Notes: generated by a model not told the origin, from the letters alone. A stretch of 64,000 bases of DNA from Octopus vulgaris (GCA_951406725.2 OX597814.1:19158001-19222000), one strand, 5' to 3'. Numbered from the stretch's first letter, positions 16,003 through 29,506 are shown. Program-made: numbers and translations.

Positions 16003-16260
16003 TACTGAAATTATTGCTTAAAAACATTAAAGTTACAATGCGGCAACAAAATGTCCATACTACCACGATATCAAGAAAAGCCTTTCAGAAGACGAAGGCA
16101 GTCAAAAATGGATAAAGTTTTCAAAAATGCAAAGGCGGATAAGTGCAGGGCTCAAAGCCAGAGTCGAAGACCTTTTATTATTGCATTAGGGGACCAAAGT
16201 CTTCTCGCCAGAATTTGTGAATTGTTTTCGAAGATGAAAGACCTCTTTAAATCAAGGAAC

Positions 16261-16402
16261 AGAAGAAAGAAGAAGAAGAAGAAAAAGAAGAAGAAGAAGA
16301 AGAAGAAGAAGAAGAAGAAGAAGAAGAAGAAGGAGAAGAAGGCGATGATGACGAAAAGGAGGAGATTGGAAGGGAGGAGGAGGAGGAGGAGGAGGAGGAG
16401 GA
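16261..16402. repeat. (GAA)n/(GGA)n microsatellites
   Basis: Direct reading. Confidence 0.95.
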
Positions 16403-16429
16403 GAAAGGGGATTAGATTCTCCTCTTGAG

Positions 16430-16990
16430 AAAAACACTTTGTCTGATAGATTCCTGTACATTTAGTGGGCATGTGTTCCTCGCTATATTATCCCTGACGT
16501 GGATGCTTTCAGTATACATCAAAGAATTCCTATCTTCTATATCACATACAGTGAAATATCACCATGGACTCCTTCAATTCTATACTTTAGTCCATGTTTC
16601 ATTGCACTCTACACCCTTATTATAAAAGGTACAATCTTGAATTTTAGATCCCACATTTTTATAATTTCGATTATCAGGTCTTTGTATTTGAAACGTTTGT
16701 TTCTCTATTTCTTCCACATATATATTCTTATCAGATGGGCATGCCACATCAATCAGTATATAGCTCTTTTCTTGGTTATCTTTGATGGCAATGTCAGAGT
16801 GATTAGCTCTTATCTCCTTGTCTGTATATATTTGCATATCCTCAATAGTGCTCGTATTATTATTCTGCGTGATTGCTTTCGGTTTACGCATATATCATTT
16901 GTCATCAGCGAGGAATTTCAGCTGTTTGCATATTTCCCGGTGAATGCAACTAGCTTCATTCTTATGTCTATGATATGGTCAAAGTTGGAC
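16430..16990 (-). pseudogene. Old R4/Dong-clade non-LTR retrotransposon, RLE domain remnant
   Basis: QIYTDKEIRANHSDIAIKDNQEKSYILIDVACPSDKN and, after a frameshift, KYKDLIIEIIKMW; homologous to 38386-39024. Confidence 0.75.
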
Positions 16991-17517
16991 ATCAAATCAC
17001 AGTCTGAACTATAATTTATTCAGATTGATTACACATGCATTACTCAGGTTTTATTTCTGATTAAGTAATATTATCTTTGTTGCTATTGTTATTGTTGTTA
17101 CAGCCATTATTATTGTTATATGAGTGGTGCCCAGTTGAAAGTCATTGGAGTTGAGCTGCGATTATGAAGCTTAAGGTTTCCTCTTTCAAAATCGAGCTTT
17201 TTAACAGCCTGTACCTTTGCTTTTCTTTTTTTGTCTTAATCCAATCTATTTATTCTTATGGAAACGAAGCAAGTATTGTTCCAATGTGTTGCTAATTTTG
17301 ATTTTCTTATACAACGTTTCTGACTTATTATTCTTATCTCTGGCTTTTTCGGTCGATATTTTTTCTATGTTCAATTCGAAGCTTTTATTTGTCTTTTTTT
17401 TTTTTGTGGGGAGTGGTTTAATGCATCTGTATAATGACTTCGTATTTGAGAATATATATGCGTGGAAGAGAGAGAGAGAGACAGGCAGAAAGACAGAAAG
17501 ACAGACAGACAGTGACA

Positions 17518-17554
<37 letters not shown>

Positions 17555-17695
17555 AGAGAAAAAAAGAAAGAAAGACAGAAAGTAAGCAAGAAAGAAAGGC
17601 TGAGTGAAAGATTTCTATCTTTGTGCGTCTAAGCCTCTCTGTACGTTGGCGAGTGATTCTGTGTTTCTCCGTACGTTTTTGCTATTGTACTACAG

Positions 17696-17744
<49 letters not shown>

Positions 17745-18004
17745 ACATATATATATATATATACATACATGCAGACACACACATAAGTACTTGACAAATT
17801 TCGCCCACAGCTTCTTTCATCTAAATTATATTGAGGCCTTGCTCACTCGGAGGCCTACAAAAAACGATCGTGTGTGGTGGGAATCGAACGCAGTAACATA
17901 GTTACGACCTGACGTTCTTGATAACAAAACTTGAACGGCTATTGTGGACATTTGTAAATGAAAATCTTTCCCAAAAATATAATCAATTACTTATACAATA
18001 AGTG

Positions 18005-18225
18005 CAGCTCAGAAGTGTTGAACTTTCAGTCGCGAGATCATGGTTTCGAATCCAAGATCGGCAAAACTTCGTATTTCCCGTTGATCCACAGGATGGGTAA
18101 TCCTGCGATGGGCAAGCGTTCCGTTGATGAGATATGCTGGCCTGCCCACCTAACCGTCGAGGTGACAGTGTTCGAAGGCGAAAACAATATGAAGCGCATT
18201 TTGACCAGCAGTTTATACCTGACAT
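18005..18225 (+). mobile_element. SINE family C, degenerate copy
   Basis: GATCATGGTTTCGAATCC; GAAGGCGAAAACAATATGAAGCGCATTTTGACCAGC matches the 27467 copy tail. Confidence 0.6.
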
Positions 18226-18231
18226 ATATGA

Positions 18232-18328
<97 letters not shown>

Positions 18329-18333
18329 GGTGT

Positions 18334-18366
<33 letters not shown>

Positions 18367-18522
18367 TGTGTGTGTTTATATATACATATATATATCTATA
18401 TATGCATGTATGTATATGTATGTCTGTGCGCGCACAAATACACATGTGAATTTATGCGTGTGTATGTTTATGTCGAACACAAATATATACTCAATATTTT
18501 CGATATACACTCATATAAACAT

Positions 18523-18758
18523 GAGTGTGTTTATTGAGCGAAAACACCTAAAGCTCCACGAGGCTCCGGCTAGGGGTGGTGGCGACCCCTGTTGTACTCT
18601 TTCGCCCCAAACATTCTCTCGCTCTTTCGTCCTGTTTCTTGAGTAACGCTGCGATGGACTGGCGTCCTGTCCAGCTGGGGGGGGGGGACACATATGCCAT
18701 AGAAACCAGGAAACCGGACCCATGAGCCTGGCTAGGCTTGAAAAGGGCGCAGAAAAAA
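18523..18758 (+). mobile_element. SINE family C, 5'-truncated
   Basis: GTGTTTATTGAGCGAAAACACCTAAAGCTCCACGAGGCTCCGGC shared with 27467 and 44091; CTGCGATGGACTGGCGTCCTGTCCAG. Confidence 0.8.
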
Positions 18759-19722
18759 AGGACTATATATGTATATAAGTGATCTAGCCATTCAATAAAA
18801 CTATAGTGATACCACTAGCACCAAGCTGAAATGATGGATTTAAAAGTCTAAAAGTCGGTTTCCCTGACTAAAACAGAAGAAAGGTACTCTGGAATGTGAA
18901 ACAACCTCTGACGTTTTAACGAAAATATGTAGAGTTGCACATTACCTTTGTAAAAGTGCATCATTTTCAGATTGTGCTTCGTTGATTTTTTTTTTTCTCC
19001 TGATGTCTTACTTAATGTTTTTCGAGTGTCTCAGTAAACCGCTCGATGTTAACGGGACAATCGCTTTCGAGAAAATCAAAGAGAATGACGCACTTTTCTT
19101 CCCCCAAAATAATAAACTTCTTTTATCAACTCTCATGAGAAATGAATCAGTCGGGTAATTGTATTTTTTTCAAGATCAAGATCCCACAGATGCTGGCTAA
19201 TAACATGAACTTTCTTGAATGTGATGTCACACACACGAGCGAGTCACTGTAGTTTCAGGTAAGATTGTCTGTCCTATGAGCAAAGAAAATATGATTGTAT
19301 TCTATTCTATAACCACCCCGCACACCAAACTAAAAGCAAACGTTTTGAAACCCTTTCTATGCATCACGCTTAAATTTGACATAGGTGATTTAGGCAAATT
19401 TTTCTTACATCTTTTCATAATCTTTTATTTGTACCATGAGTGTACGAGGTGGAGATTGATGCTAATTTCCATTGCGAAGATACACAGTTTTGAATCCTCA
19501 AGTTCAGCTGTTGATAAACTGTAGCCATTCTGTCAGGTCGTTCTTCTATCAAATATCACTGAACAAATCATTCATGTCTTTGCATGGGTAATCAAATAAC
19601 ATTAAGGTGAACTGCAGCTTATTAATTCTTCCGTAAGATTCCTTTATCAAATCCCACTCTTCTAACATGTAAAATGAAGTGTTTGCTTTCCTTTAACCTT
19701 CCTGATTTTCTAACATCAAGCA

Positions 19723-20104
19723 TCTCTCTCTACATAAACGGCAGTTTGTCTGTGTGTGTTTCTGTGTGTCTGTTAGGTTGTACTCTCACCCTGACCACGG
19801 CTTTCAACCGATTCTGATGAAACTTGACACACACATAGCCCAATGTCATTATTCAAAACTAACGCAGCGAAAATTTTGAAAAGTTTCCCCAGTTCTGAAA
19901 AAGATCGATAAATTCGACATGGGGTCGACAATCAGAAACACAAACCACAGATGGTGTAGGGGACGCAACTCGACCTTTTTAACTCTCAAAAAAATTTACC
20001 ATCATTTTTTTCCCATTTTTTGCTATTTTTTGGCTATAACTCTCTAAAAATGCTTTATAGTTATTTCCCTTACAAGCCCGAGCAACGTGGGGCGATACTA
20101 CTAG
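19723..20104 (+). mobile_element. Non-autonomous Helitron, second subfamily
   Basis: A|TCTCTCTCTAC...CCCGAGCAACGTGGGG...CTAG|T; last ~120 bp homologous to the 258-657 family. Confidence 0.8.
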
Positions 20105-20164
20105 TACAGAAATAAAACGGAAACCTTATGTCTTAAGTAGAAAAGAATGTTATATTTCATTCGG

Positions 20165-20750
20165 TGTGTTGCAAGAATCGTTAGCATGTCGGACAATGAC
20201 GCTGGCTCTATTTTTGCCATTCATCATTCACTAGTCGATAAACTAAAATACTAATTAAGTACTTGCATTGACTAATTCCACTTCGCTCTCCTTCTGCGTA
20301 AATTAAAACATCAATGGGCGGCGAGCTGGCAAAAACGTTAGCACGCCGGGCGCAATGCTTAGAAATGTATTTCGTCTGCCGTTTACATAATTATTATTAT
20401 TGGAGTTCAAATTCCGCCGAGGTCGACTTTACCTTTCATCCTTTCGTTTGAAGACGATAAATTAAGTACCATGTTCCATATCTGGGGTCGATCTAATCGA
20501 CTGGCCTTATGCCTTGAGTAGAAAAGAATGTTATATTTCATTCGGTGTGTTGCAAGAATCGTTAGCATGTCGGACAAAGCCACCTTGAGCATAGTTTGTC
20601 CGCTTTTACGTTCTGATTTCATATTCCGTTGAGGCTGACTTTACCTTTCATCCTTCCTGGGTTGATAAATAGTATTTGAGCACCGGGGTCGATGTAATCA
20701 ACTTGTACCCTCCCCCCAAATTTGCGCTTATAATAGAAATGCTTATTATT
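20165..20750 (+). mobile_element. Cluster of three degenerate or partial SINE family B copies
   Basis: GGCGGCGAGCTGGC at 20317; repeated CTTTCATCCTT..GATAAA..GGGGTCGAT blocks. Confidence 0.7.
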
Positions 20751-20878
20751 GTTGTTATTATCATAATTATTATTATTGGTTTTATTATTATTGTCATTGC
20801 CGTTGTCTCTTGACGTCCATCTTCTTTCAGTTAGTGCATATGTCGTTTGAAGACATCAGCATATTGTAATAGTCAATG

Positions 20879-20920
<42 letters not shown>

Positions 20921-20939
20921 AATAGATAGATAGATAGTG

Positions 20940-21014
<75 letters not shown>
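20879..21014. repeat. (TATC)n followed by (GATA)n
   Basis: Direct reading; the two tracts are mutually inverted. Confidence 0.95.
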
Positions 21015-21030
21015 TATGTATGTATGCATA

Positions 21031-21402
21031 TACTCTTTACTCTTTTACTCTTTTACTTGTTTCAGTCATTTGACTGCGGCCATGCTGGAACACCGCCCCC
21101 AGTCGAGCAAATCGACCCCGGGACTTATTCTCTGTAAGCCCAACACTTACTCCATCGGTCTCTCTTTGCCGAACCGCTAGGTGACGGGGACGCAAACACA
21201 CCAGCAAACACACACACACATGCATATATACATATATACGACAGGCTTCTTTCAGTTTCCGTCTACCAAATCCACTCACAAGGCATTGGTCGGCCCGGGG
21301 CTATAGCAGAAGACACTTGCCCAAGATGTCACCCAGTGGGACTGAACCCGGAACCATGTGGTTGGTTAGCAAGCTACTTACCACACAGCCACTCCTGCGC
21401 CT
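21031..21402 (-). mobile_element. SINE family A (internal deletion)
   Basis: Full head AGGCGCAGGAGTGGCTGTGTGG and tail. Confidence 0.9.
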
Positions 21403-21403
21403 A

Positions 21404-21490
<87 letters not shown>

Positions 21491-22239
21491 GCATACATAA
21501 ATGTATGTATCTATGTATGTTTAATGTATAAACGTGTATATCAGTGTAAGAGCAGGTGTTCACCTACATTTATGTACATACGCATATGCATAGGTATGTG
21601 TCTATATGCACGCTGTGTGTGCGTTTGTGAGTGTCTGTTTGTGTGTGTGCGTTTGTGAGTGTGTGTGTTCGTGCCGTACTGTGTGTGTGTTCGTGCCGTA
21701 CTGTGTGTGTGTTTATGCACATTTCTAAAAGGCCTGCCGTTTATTTAGGTTAGTTATTCATTTCCTAAGAACGAGTCTGCTTCCTGGCAGAACTCTGGGA
21801 TTTTGGTTGAAGATTACACTGTTAAGAGAATTATGGCATAGTTCATTTCCTTCCCTATGACTCCTAGATCTCCAAACACAATGGGTACTACTTTTGGATC
21901 AATGCCCCACATTCTTGCCCCTTCTATTCGCAAATTCTTCCATTTCGAATGTTTTCATATGTTCCTTTCAACAGGATACGAATTATCCATCATATATTTT
22001 TTGTTTTACTTTGTTGTTCATATATATATCTTTAGGGGCTAGTTAAGTTACGATTAGAATGTTAGCTATTAGAAGAGCAAGAAACGGGAAAATAAAGATT
22101 TTGTTAAATATATCAATGAACAGCATAAATGTAAAAAGCCTTTCGTAACATATACGCAAGTCATGCACTTTTAGAGAGGACTACAGATGTGTGAAACGTA
22201 CCCCAGTACTGAAAATTTAAAATAACAATTAAAAGCAGA

Positions 22240-22437
22240 TAAATCCTTTCTACTGTAAGCACAAGGCCTGAAATTTTGGGGAGGTGGCCAGTTGATTAGA
22301 TCGACCCCCAGTACGCAACTGGTACTTAATTTATCGACCCTCGAAGAATGAAAGGTAAATTCTACCTCGGCGGAATTTGAACTCAGAACGTAACGACTGG
22401 CGACATATCACTAGGCATTTCGTCCAGCGGGCTAACG
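22240..22437 (-). mobile_element. SINE family B with alternative 3' tail
   Basis: Family B body followed by CCCCAAAATTTCAGGCCTTGTGCTTACAGTAGAAAGGATT. Confidence 0.75.
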
Positions 22438-22790
22438 GCGAGATTGATAATGGTGATTTAAAGAAACGCCCAGGTATTTTGTCCAGCATTCTAACAATTC
22501 CGTTACACATCCATCTAAACATAAATGCATTGATATACCGTTTATTACAAAATTGTTATGTACTCATTGTTCTACAGGCTGTGAAGAGATCTCTTGAAGG
22601 TCATTCAGTTTTTGTTCGCTATCTCTATTTCCTATGTATTATTATTTAAATTCAATTTATATAGAAACAAACAGAAAAACAAAAATGCTTTAACTTCTAA
22701 AGAAATATTTGTCTTTTAAATTGGTTTCCAACTACTTATATTTAGTCAAATTCTAGGACTATATCGTGCACATTGTCATCAAACATTATA

Positions 22791-22829
<39 letters not shown>

Positions 22830-22831
<2 letters not shown>

Positions 22832-23012
22832 TTACTTCGTAGCTACATGTTTCTGGGTGCAGTCTTATGGCGTGGCACCTTGGGCAAGTCTCTTCGAATA
22901 TAGCGTCGATCGACCAAAACCTTCTGAGTGGATTTGGTAGAGGGAAACTGAAACAAGCCCGTCATATATGTATATATATAATCTGTGTGTGTGTGAGTGT
23001 GTGTGTGTGTTT

Positions 23013-23049
<37 letters not shown>

Positions 23050-23230
23050 TGTGTGTGTTTCTGTGTGTGTGTGTGTATGTATGTGTGTGTATTTTACCCC
23101 ACCTTTCCTTATGCTGGTGTGTTTACATTCACGTAACTTAGCGGTTCAGCTTAAAGGAGAAAAAAATTGTACTGGAATCGATTCATGCGACAGAAAATTC
23201 TTCAAGGCTGAGACAGGTAATTGAGAAAAG
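22830..23230 (+). mobile_element. SINE family A, degenerate
   Basis: GCGTGGCACCTTGGGCAAG, GAGTGGATTTGGTAGAGGGAAACTGAAA. Confidence 0.75.
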
Positions 23231-24557
23231 AAAGATATATGCGTCTGTATGTATATATCTGGCATATTTGCAAACACAGAGAGAATGGCAGGCGGTTTTG
23301 TTTTGCGTAATCATTTTGACTAAAATGCCGTTTTGTTTTGCATAATCAGAATCTCTGTACTCGAAAATGAGGGATTCTGTAAAAATGTCTGATTTCTTTT
23401 TGAAAACATATACACATACACACACACACACTCACATAAAGAGACATACATATATGGAAAGGATGAGGAAAAGAATGACCGTTCTGCTATTTCATTTTGT
23501 TTCTGTTGGTTCATGTCTGAGTTATGTAAATAACCTATGCAAAATTCATTCGGCATCAAATATTTTAATCCCACATTAATATTCCAAAATAAAGATATTC
23601 TTCAGGAGAGAAAATGTCAACTAATAATGTTACTCATCAGTGTTAGTAAAAGACATTTGATGGAACTGGAAGAATCGCTGCTCACCAACAGTCTTGTTTC
23701 ACAACTGGCATGAAGGTGATTTCTTATTGGGCATCATAGTTTCAATAGCAGAGCGAGCGAAAATACATGAGAAGCTTGAAGAAAGGGAACGAAGAGAGTT
23801 TGATATTTATTGAAGGAGGTTGCCACACAGAAAAGATGATAAAGCTTAGTCAAGCCTCTGAAGGACAACAACACTATACATTTACATTAGAAAAACATCA
23901 GATCACTATGATTATGGATAGGCTAGAATATACATGCAATATGTGGACCATAAGACTTTCAAACAGTTCTCCACTCTATGCAAAGAAGTTATCACATCTA
24001 CTTACGTGGAACAAAGATGCCCTTATTTCGTATCAATGTAGATGGTTTATAAAACATCATGTACAGGCTCCCACAAATATGAAAATCGTATATACCCACT
24101 ATGATTTATTGTCAGTTACAGAGATCTAGTCTGCCCTCCCGTGAGTCGCTTCATGATTAACATCATCTCTCCGCCCATGAAGAGTCTTTTATGTGAACAA
24201 TTTCAAAACCCTTCGTAGAATATTTTCAGACCAGACTTGTTCTACCAACTTGTCGAAAGTGATGTGGAGAATTATTTAGAATAGTTTCAATAAGACCAAA
24301 CTGAATAAAAAACCAAAGTTTCCATGAACGTACGATTTTCCCGAACTAATAACGCCATGGAGATTTAGTAATGCTTTTTAAAATGTCTAACTTCAAAATC
24401 AAAAATAAAACTTTCCAAAATCTGGAAATGTCGACTATGAGTTTTATTATCACTGTTAAATACATGTATGTATGTATGTATGTATGTATGTATGTATGTA
24501 TGTATGTATGTATGTATGTATGTATGTATGTATGTATGTATGCATATATATATATAT

Positions 24558-24963
<406 letters not shown>

Positions 24964-25352
24964 GGACCCTATCGAAGATTTAGCCCCAGGACTCGAAGTT
25001 CATGTAGGATACTTGGAACATCAAAGAACTGTTTTCATAACGCTTGCTGATTACCGGTTCAGTAATTGTTGCGTTGTTCAGTAGTTATCTTTATTGAAAA
25101 GGAAAATAGAGTTTAAAAGTGCAGCATTGACTGTCTTTGGCTCATTCATTGGTCCTGTCCAGTGCAATACCAGTTTTATTACACTGTCTATAAAAACATA
25201 GGTTTCTCAGTACTAAATATTTATTCAGAAATATAACAACTAATAACGACCAAAGATCAAACCAATCGAAATTTAATATGGACGTCAAAAAATGTTCTAT
25301 CTCTAAGAGATGTGCATTTTAGTGTAATTTCAAATTTGATTTTATTATAACA

Positions 25353-25734
25353 CTAGCAGTATCGCCCGGCGTTGCTCGGGTTTGTAAGGGAAATAACTAT
25401 AAAGCATTTTTAGAGAGTTATAGCCAAAAAATAGCATTAAAAATAGAAAAAATATGACGGTAATTTTTTTTAAATCGTTGACTCATCGTAGACATTTTTA
25501 GAGAGTTACTTCCCTTATATTTAAAAAATATGCATTAAAATGGAAAAAAATTATGGTAAGTTATTTTAAAAATCGTAGACTCATCGTAGACGCGCGCTAA
25601 TACCCAGAAGGGCTTGATATGAATCACGACTATAAGATACCCGGTTTTGGTTAAACTGCACCGCAAAATGTGGGAGTAGTTAGGAATCTAAATCGGAGTA
25701 GACAGACCCACAACCTTACTTTTATATATAAAGA
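25353..25734 (-). mobile_element. Non-autonomous Helitron (258-657 family, independent insertion)
   Basis: Same termini and hairpin, different flanks, A|T site. Confidence 0.85.
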
Positions 25735-25971
25735 TAACATAACAAGATGGCGTCGACTTGGCAGAACCGTTTGCACCGCGGACAAAATGCTAAGCATCAT
25801 TGCTTCAAGTTTCATGTTCTGAATTCAAATTTTGAGGAGGTTGAAGCTACCTTTCATCCTTTCGGGATGAGTAAAATAAAGTACAATTTAATACTATTCA
25901 TATGTTTGAGATGAGTAATTATGTACATTATTTACAATGGACGTATAGGTGTGCTCACCTTGTTTGTTGTT

Positions 25972-26018
25972 ACCATAGCGTTTCGGCTGATGTACTCTCC
26001 AGCCTTCATCAGATGTTC
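25972..26018 (-). ncRNA. Hammerhead ribozyme motif with intact CUGAUGA/GAAA
   Basis: GAACAT-CTGATGA-A-GGCTG(GAGAGTACAT)CAGCC-GAAA-CGCT-ATGGT; the C where U16.1 is expected may inactivate this copy. Confidence 0.65.
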
Positions 26019-26042
26019 TTGTGGAATTTCGCAATTCCTCCA

Positions 26043-26089
26043 GAACACCTAATGAACGCTGGAGAGTACATCAGCTGAAACGTTATGGT
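26043..26089 (+). ncRNA. Hammerhead ribozyme motif, decayed mirror copy
   Basis: GAACAC-CTAATGA-A-CGCTG(GAGAGTACAT)CAGCT-GAAA-CGTT-ATGGT. Confidence 0.5.
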
Positions 26090-26180
26090 AACAACAAACA
26101 AGGTGAGGACACCTATACGTCCATTGTAAATAAAATACAAGTTAATTGTTGTAGGTGAAGTTAAATATAGAGTAACCAAA

Positions 26181-26411
26181 GGTGGCGAACTGGCAGAAAC
26201 GTTAGCACGCCGAGCGAAATGCCTAGTGGTATTTCGTCTGCCGTTACGTTCTGAGTTCAAATTCCGCCGAGGCCCACTTTGCCTTTCATCCTTTCGGGGC
26301 CGATAAATTAAGAACGAGTTACGCACTGGGGTCGATGTAATCGACTTAATCCCTTTGTCTGTCCTTGTTTGTCCCCTCTATGTTTAGCCCCTTGTGGGCA
26401 ATAAGGAAATA
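26181..26411 (+). mobile_element. SINE family B monomer
   Basis: Head, GAGTTCAAATT, GCCTTTCATCCTTTCGGGG..GATAAA, tail TTTAGCCCCTTGTGGGCAATAAGGAAAT. Confidence 0.9.
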
Positions 26412-27117
26412 TATGGAGTAACCATTTTCCGGAAAATTAAACTTATATTTAAATTAGAAACTTTTATTACATAAGAGCTGCTGGAATACATAAGCTGTCG
26501 GCAAAATGCCTAGACTTTATATTGTGAATTCAAATCCTGCGAAGGTCAACTTTACCTTTTATCTCTTCAGTATCGTAAAAGAAAAGTACCATTCCAATGG
26601 TACCGACTAACTCCGCCTCTTTGGAGGCCTTGTGTAAATGGAAAACAAAATACGCCGCATTAAACGCAATACCGTCAAAGAATGATTTCGATACAAAGGA
26701 AATTTACTTCTTACATTTACGTTGAATGTGTTTTACATTTATGTGGCTACCCAAAGTGCTCTGGTGTTTTGAAAATGGAACGAAACAGAGTTTTATTTTT
26801 ATTATTTTCGTTCTTTTTTTTATTTTGTTTTCTTTTATTTTCTTTTTGTTACTCCAAAGGAAACGTGATGTTTCTGAACATTTGTCTGCTTGATAGGACT
26901 CACCTAAGGCTAAACAAGAAAAACAAAGCTGTTGAATATATTTTAATTAGTAGAATATCAGAAAAGGAAAATGTAGAAATGAAATATTACATTATTGAAA
27001 GAAAAATAAATGAAATCGTATAAAAGTTTGACTGCGGGTGTAAAGAAAACTAATATATGAAATAGAAAATATGATGGTAAATATCGTATACATTAGATAA
27101 TTAGGAAATAGTTTCTT

Positions 27118-27157
<40 letters not shown>

Positions 27158-27466
27158 AGTTGTCTCATTTCAGTAAGAATATTTTGAATAGTATGAACAC
27201 TAGCAAGTTCCCCTGCAACGCTGCGTTGGAGAATCATTTATAGATTTGATGTGCTTCTTGCAAGAAGTTATATGAATACGACTAAGGATAACTAATCAAT
27301 GAATATTTATTAATCCTCTGAAATATATAACATAAAGCTCTGTTTAACTTCAATCCTTAGTTATTTCGAAACCATGCAAGCATAAATCATAAAATAATAT
27401 AATCAAGAAACTGACTCCCACTCCTGATATCATCAACAGAACTTTTCACTCACTATATAACAATAA

Positions 27467-27785
27467 GTGGAGGCGCAATGGCCCAGTGGTTAGGGCAGCG
27501 GACTCGCGGTCGTACGATCGTGGTTTCGATTCCCAGACCAGGCGTTGTGAGTGTTTATTGATCGAAAACACCTAAAGCTCCACGAGGCTCCGGCAGGGAG
27601 TGGTAGCGATCCCTGCTGTACTCTTTCGCCACAAATTTCTCTCACTCTTTCTTCTGTTGGCCTGCTCGCTTAGCCAGCGGGGTGGCGTCATTTGAAGGCT
27701 AAAACAATGCGAAGCGCATCGTGACCAGCGATGTGTAACATCTGATATCCTGGTCGGTCACGGGGATCATGGGGATCACGGTGAT
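27467..27785 (+). mobile_element. SINE family C, tRNA(Arg)-like head (possibly octopus OR1-type)
   Basis: TGGCCCAGTGG A box, GACTCGCGGTC anticodon-like arm, GGTTTCGATTCC B box, short-repeat tail; family name from memory. Confidence 0.85.
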
Positions 27786-27800
27786 ATAGAAATGAAAGAA

Positions 27801-28272
27801 GGTGGCGAGCTGGCAGAAACGTTAGCAAGCCGGGCAAAATGCTTAGCGGTATTTCGTCTGTCGTTACGTTGTGAATTCAAATTCCGCCGAGGTCGACTTT
27901 GCCTTTCGTCCTTTCGGGGTCGATAAATTAAGTACCAGTTACGCACTGGGGTCGATGTAATCGACTTAATACCTATGTCTGTCCTTGTTTGTCCTCTCTA
28001 TGTTTAGCCCCTTGTGTGTAGTAAAGAAATAGGTATTTCGCCTGCCGTTACGTTCTGCTTTCAAATTCCGCCGGTGTCGACTTTGCCTTTCATCCTTTCG
28101 GGGTCGACTAAATAAGTACCAGTTACGCACTGGGCTCAATATAATCGACTTAATCCGTTTGTCTGTCCTTGTTTGTCCTCTCTGTGTTTGGCCCCTTGTG
28201 GGTAGTAAAGAAATAGGTATTTCCTCCGTCTTTACATTCTGAGTTCAAATTTCGCCGAGATCGACTTTGCCT
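27801..28272 (+). mobile_element. SINE family B, head plus two full and one partial tandem unit
   Basis: Junctions GAAATAGGTATTTC at 28026-28039 and 28210-28223. Confidence 0.9.
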
Positions 28273-29408
28273 TTTATTCTTTTATCCTTTCAGACAGTCT
28301 TTAAAGCTTAAAACAGCCCCAACAGATTTTTTTTAATGCTATAAAAATGTTAGATCTAGTTCACATCCTTCGCAAAATAAATTTTTTACACCGAAGAAGG
28401 AACCATAATTTATAAAAGATAACCAGATACCAACCCGAAAAGAAATTAAATTCACATTTCAGTAGAATAATAAAGCTCTAATAAGAGTTTTTATACAATA
28501 TTCACAAGGAATATCCAAACTATGTACGAATCGACAAAGAAATGGAATCAAATTTTAAACTACGTTTTGATGATTTATCTTGCAAAACTACAATTTATCT
28601 TTCATTTTACGGCTATCGTTAAATTAAATACCAATCATTGTAGTTCGATTTAATCGACTGTTCCCTATCTCAAAATATACTGATTTCATTATGATGCAGA
28701 AATCATCATTGGTTATGATAATCGCTGTTACAATAGTAACTGCGAGATGGGAAAGAGTACGAGTTGGCATTGGGGATGGTGATGGATATATAAGATAGAC
28801 AGAAGAGATGAGCCTACGGCTAGCAAAGTCCGCGACCCGGTCGGGTCTGTGACTTACTTTCTTATTGTTCCATGTGATTCTGTGGTCATTGTAATGTTGG
28901 ATGTAGGCAAGATAAATGAACGGATGATAAAGCAGCATGTGTTCAGGGATTATATTAGACAAAATGTGGCATGTTTAGTACAAATTACAAACGTGTTAAA
29001 CTCAAATGTACGTACGATAAACCGAATATACGTACGTTTATTTAAAGTGTGTATCGAAAATTCCTATATAATGGTGTGCAAAGCCAAAAGCGTCCTCATA
29101 TAAGCACACTTACGTATATTCACAGGATCGATGGGGAAACACTCACGCTCTCTCTCTTTCTCTCGAAATATATATATATATATATATATATGTAGCTATC
29201 TATCGGTCTATGTATCTGTATATCTGTGTGTGTCTATCTCTGTGATATATACATATATACATATGTGTGTGTGTATGTATGTATGTATACATGTATAGAC
29301 GTAAAATGGATAGATAGATAGATAGATAGATAAATGATTTAACCCATAACAAAAATAGCAACAACTATAAGAAGTACAATATATATTTATAGATTTGCCT
29401 GTGCATAC

Positions 29409-29506
<98 letters not shown>

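Larger units (their letters stand above)
25928..26133. mobile_element. 206-bp fold-back element with two inverted hammerhead motifs
   Basis: Arms TTATTTACAATGGACGTATAGGTGT... / ...ACACCTATACGTCCATTGTAAATAA, centre GGAATTTCGCAATTCC. Confidence 0.85.

Noticed and set aside
16051-16428. 125-aa Lys/Arg-rich, protamine-like ORF
   Set aside because: Basic tracts come from (GAA)n and (GGA)n microsatellites next to a LINE relic
23640-24355. Possible decayed DNA transposase (mariner or MULE-like)
   Set aside because: Only vague motif echoes; no frame or TIR pair can be supported by eye
27467-27542. tRNA-Arg(TCG)-like gene
   Set aside because: No proper acceptor stem; continues into SINE body shared with other copies
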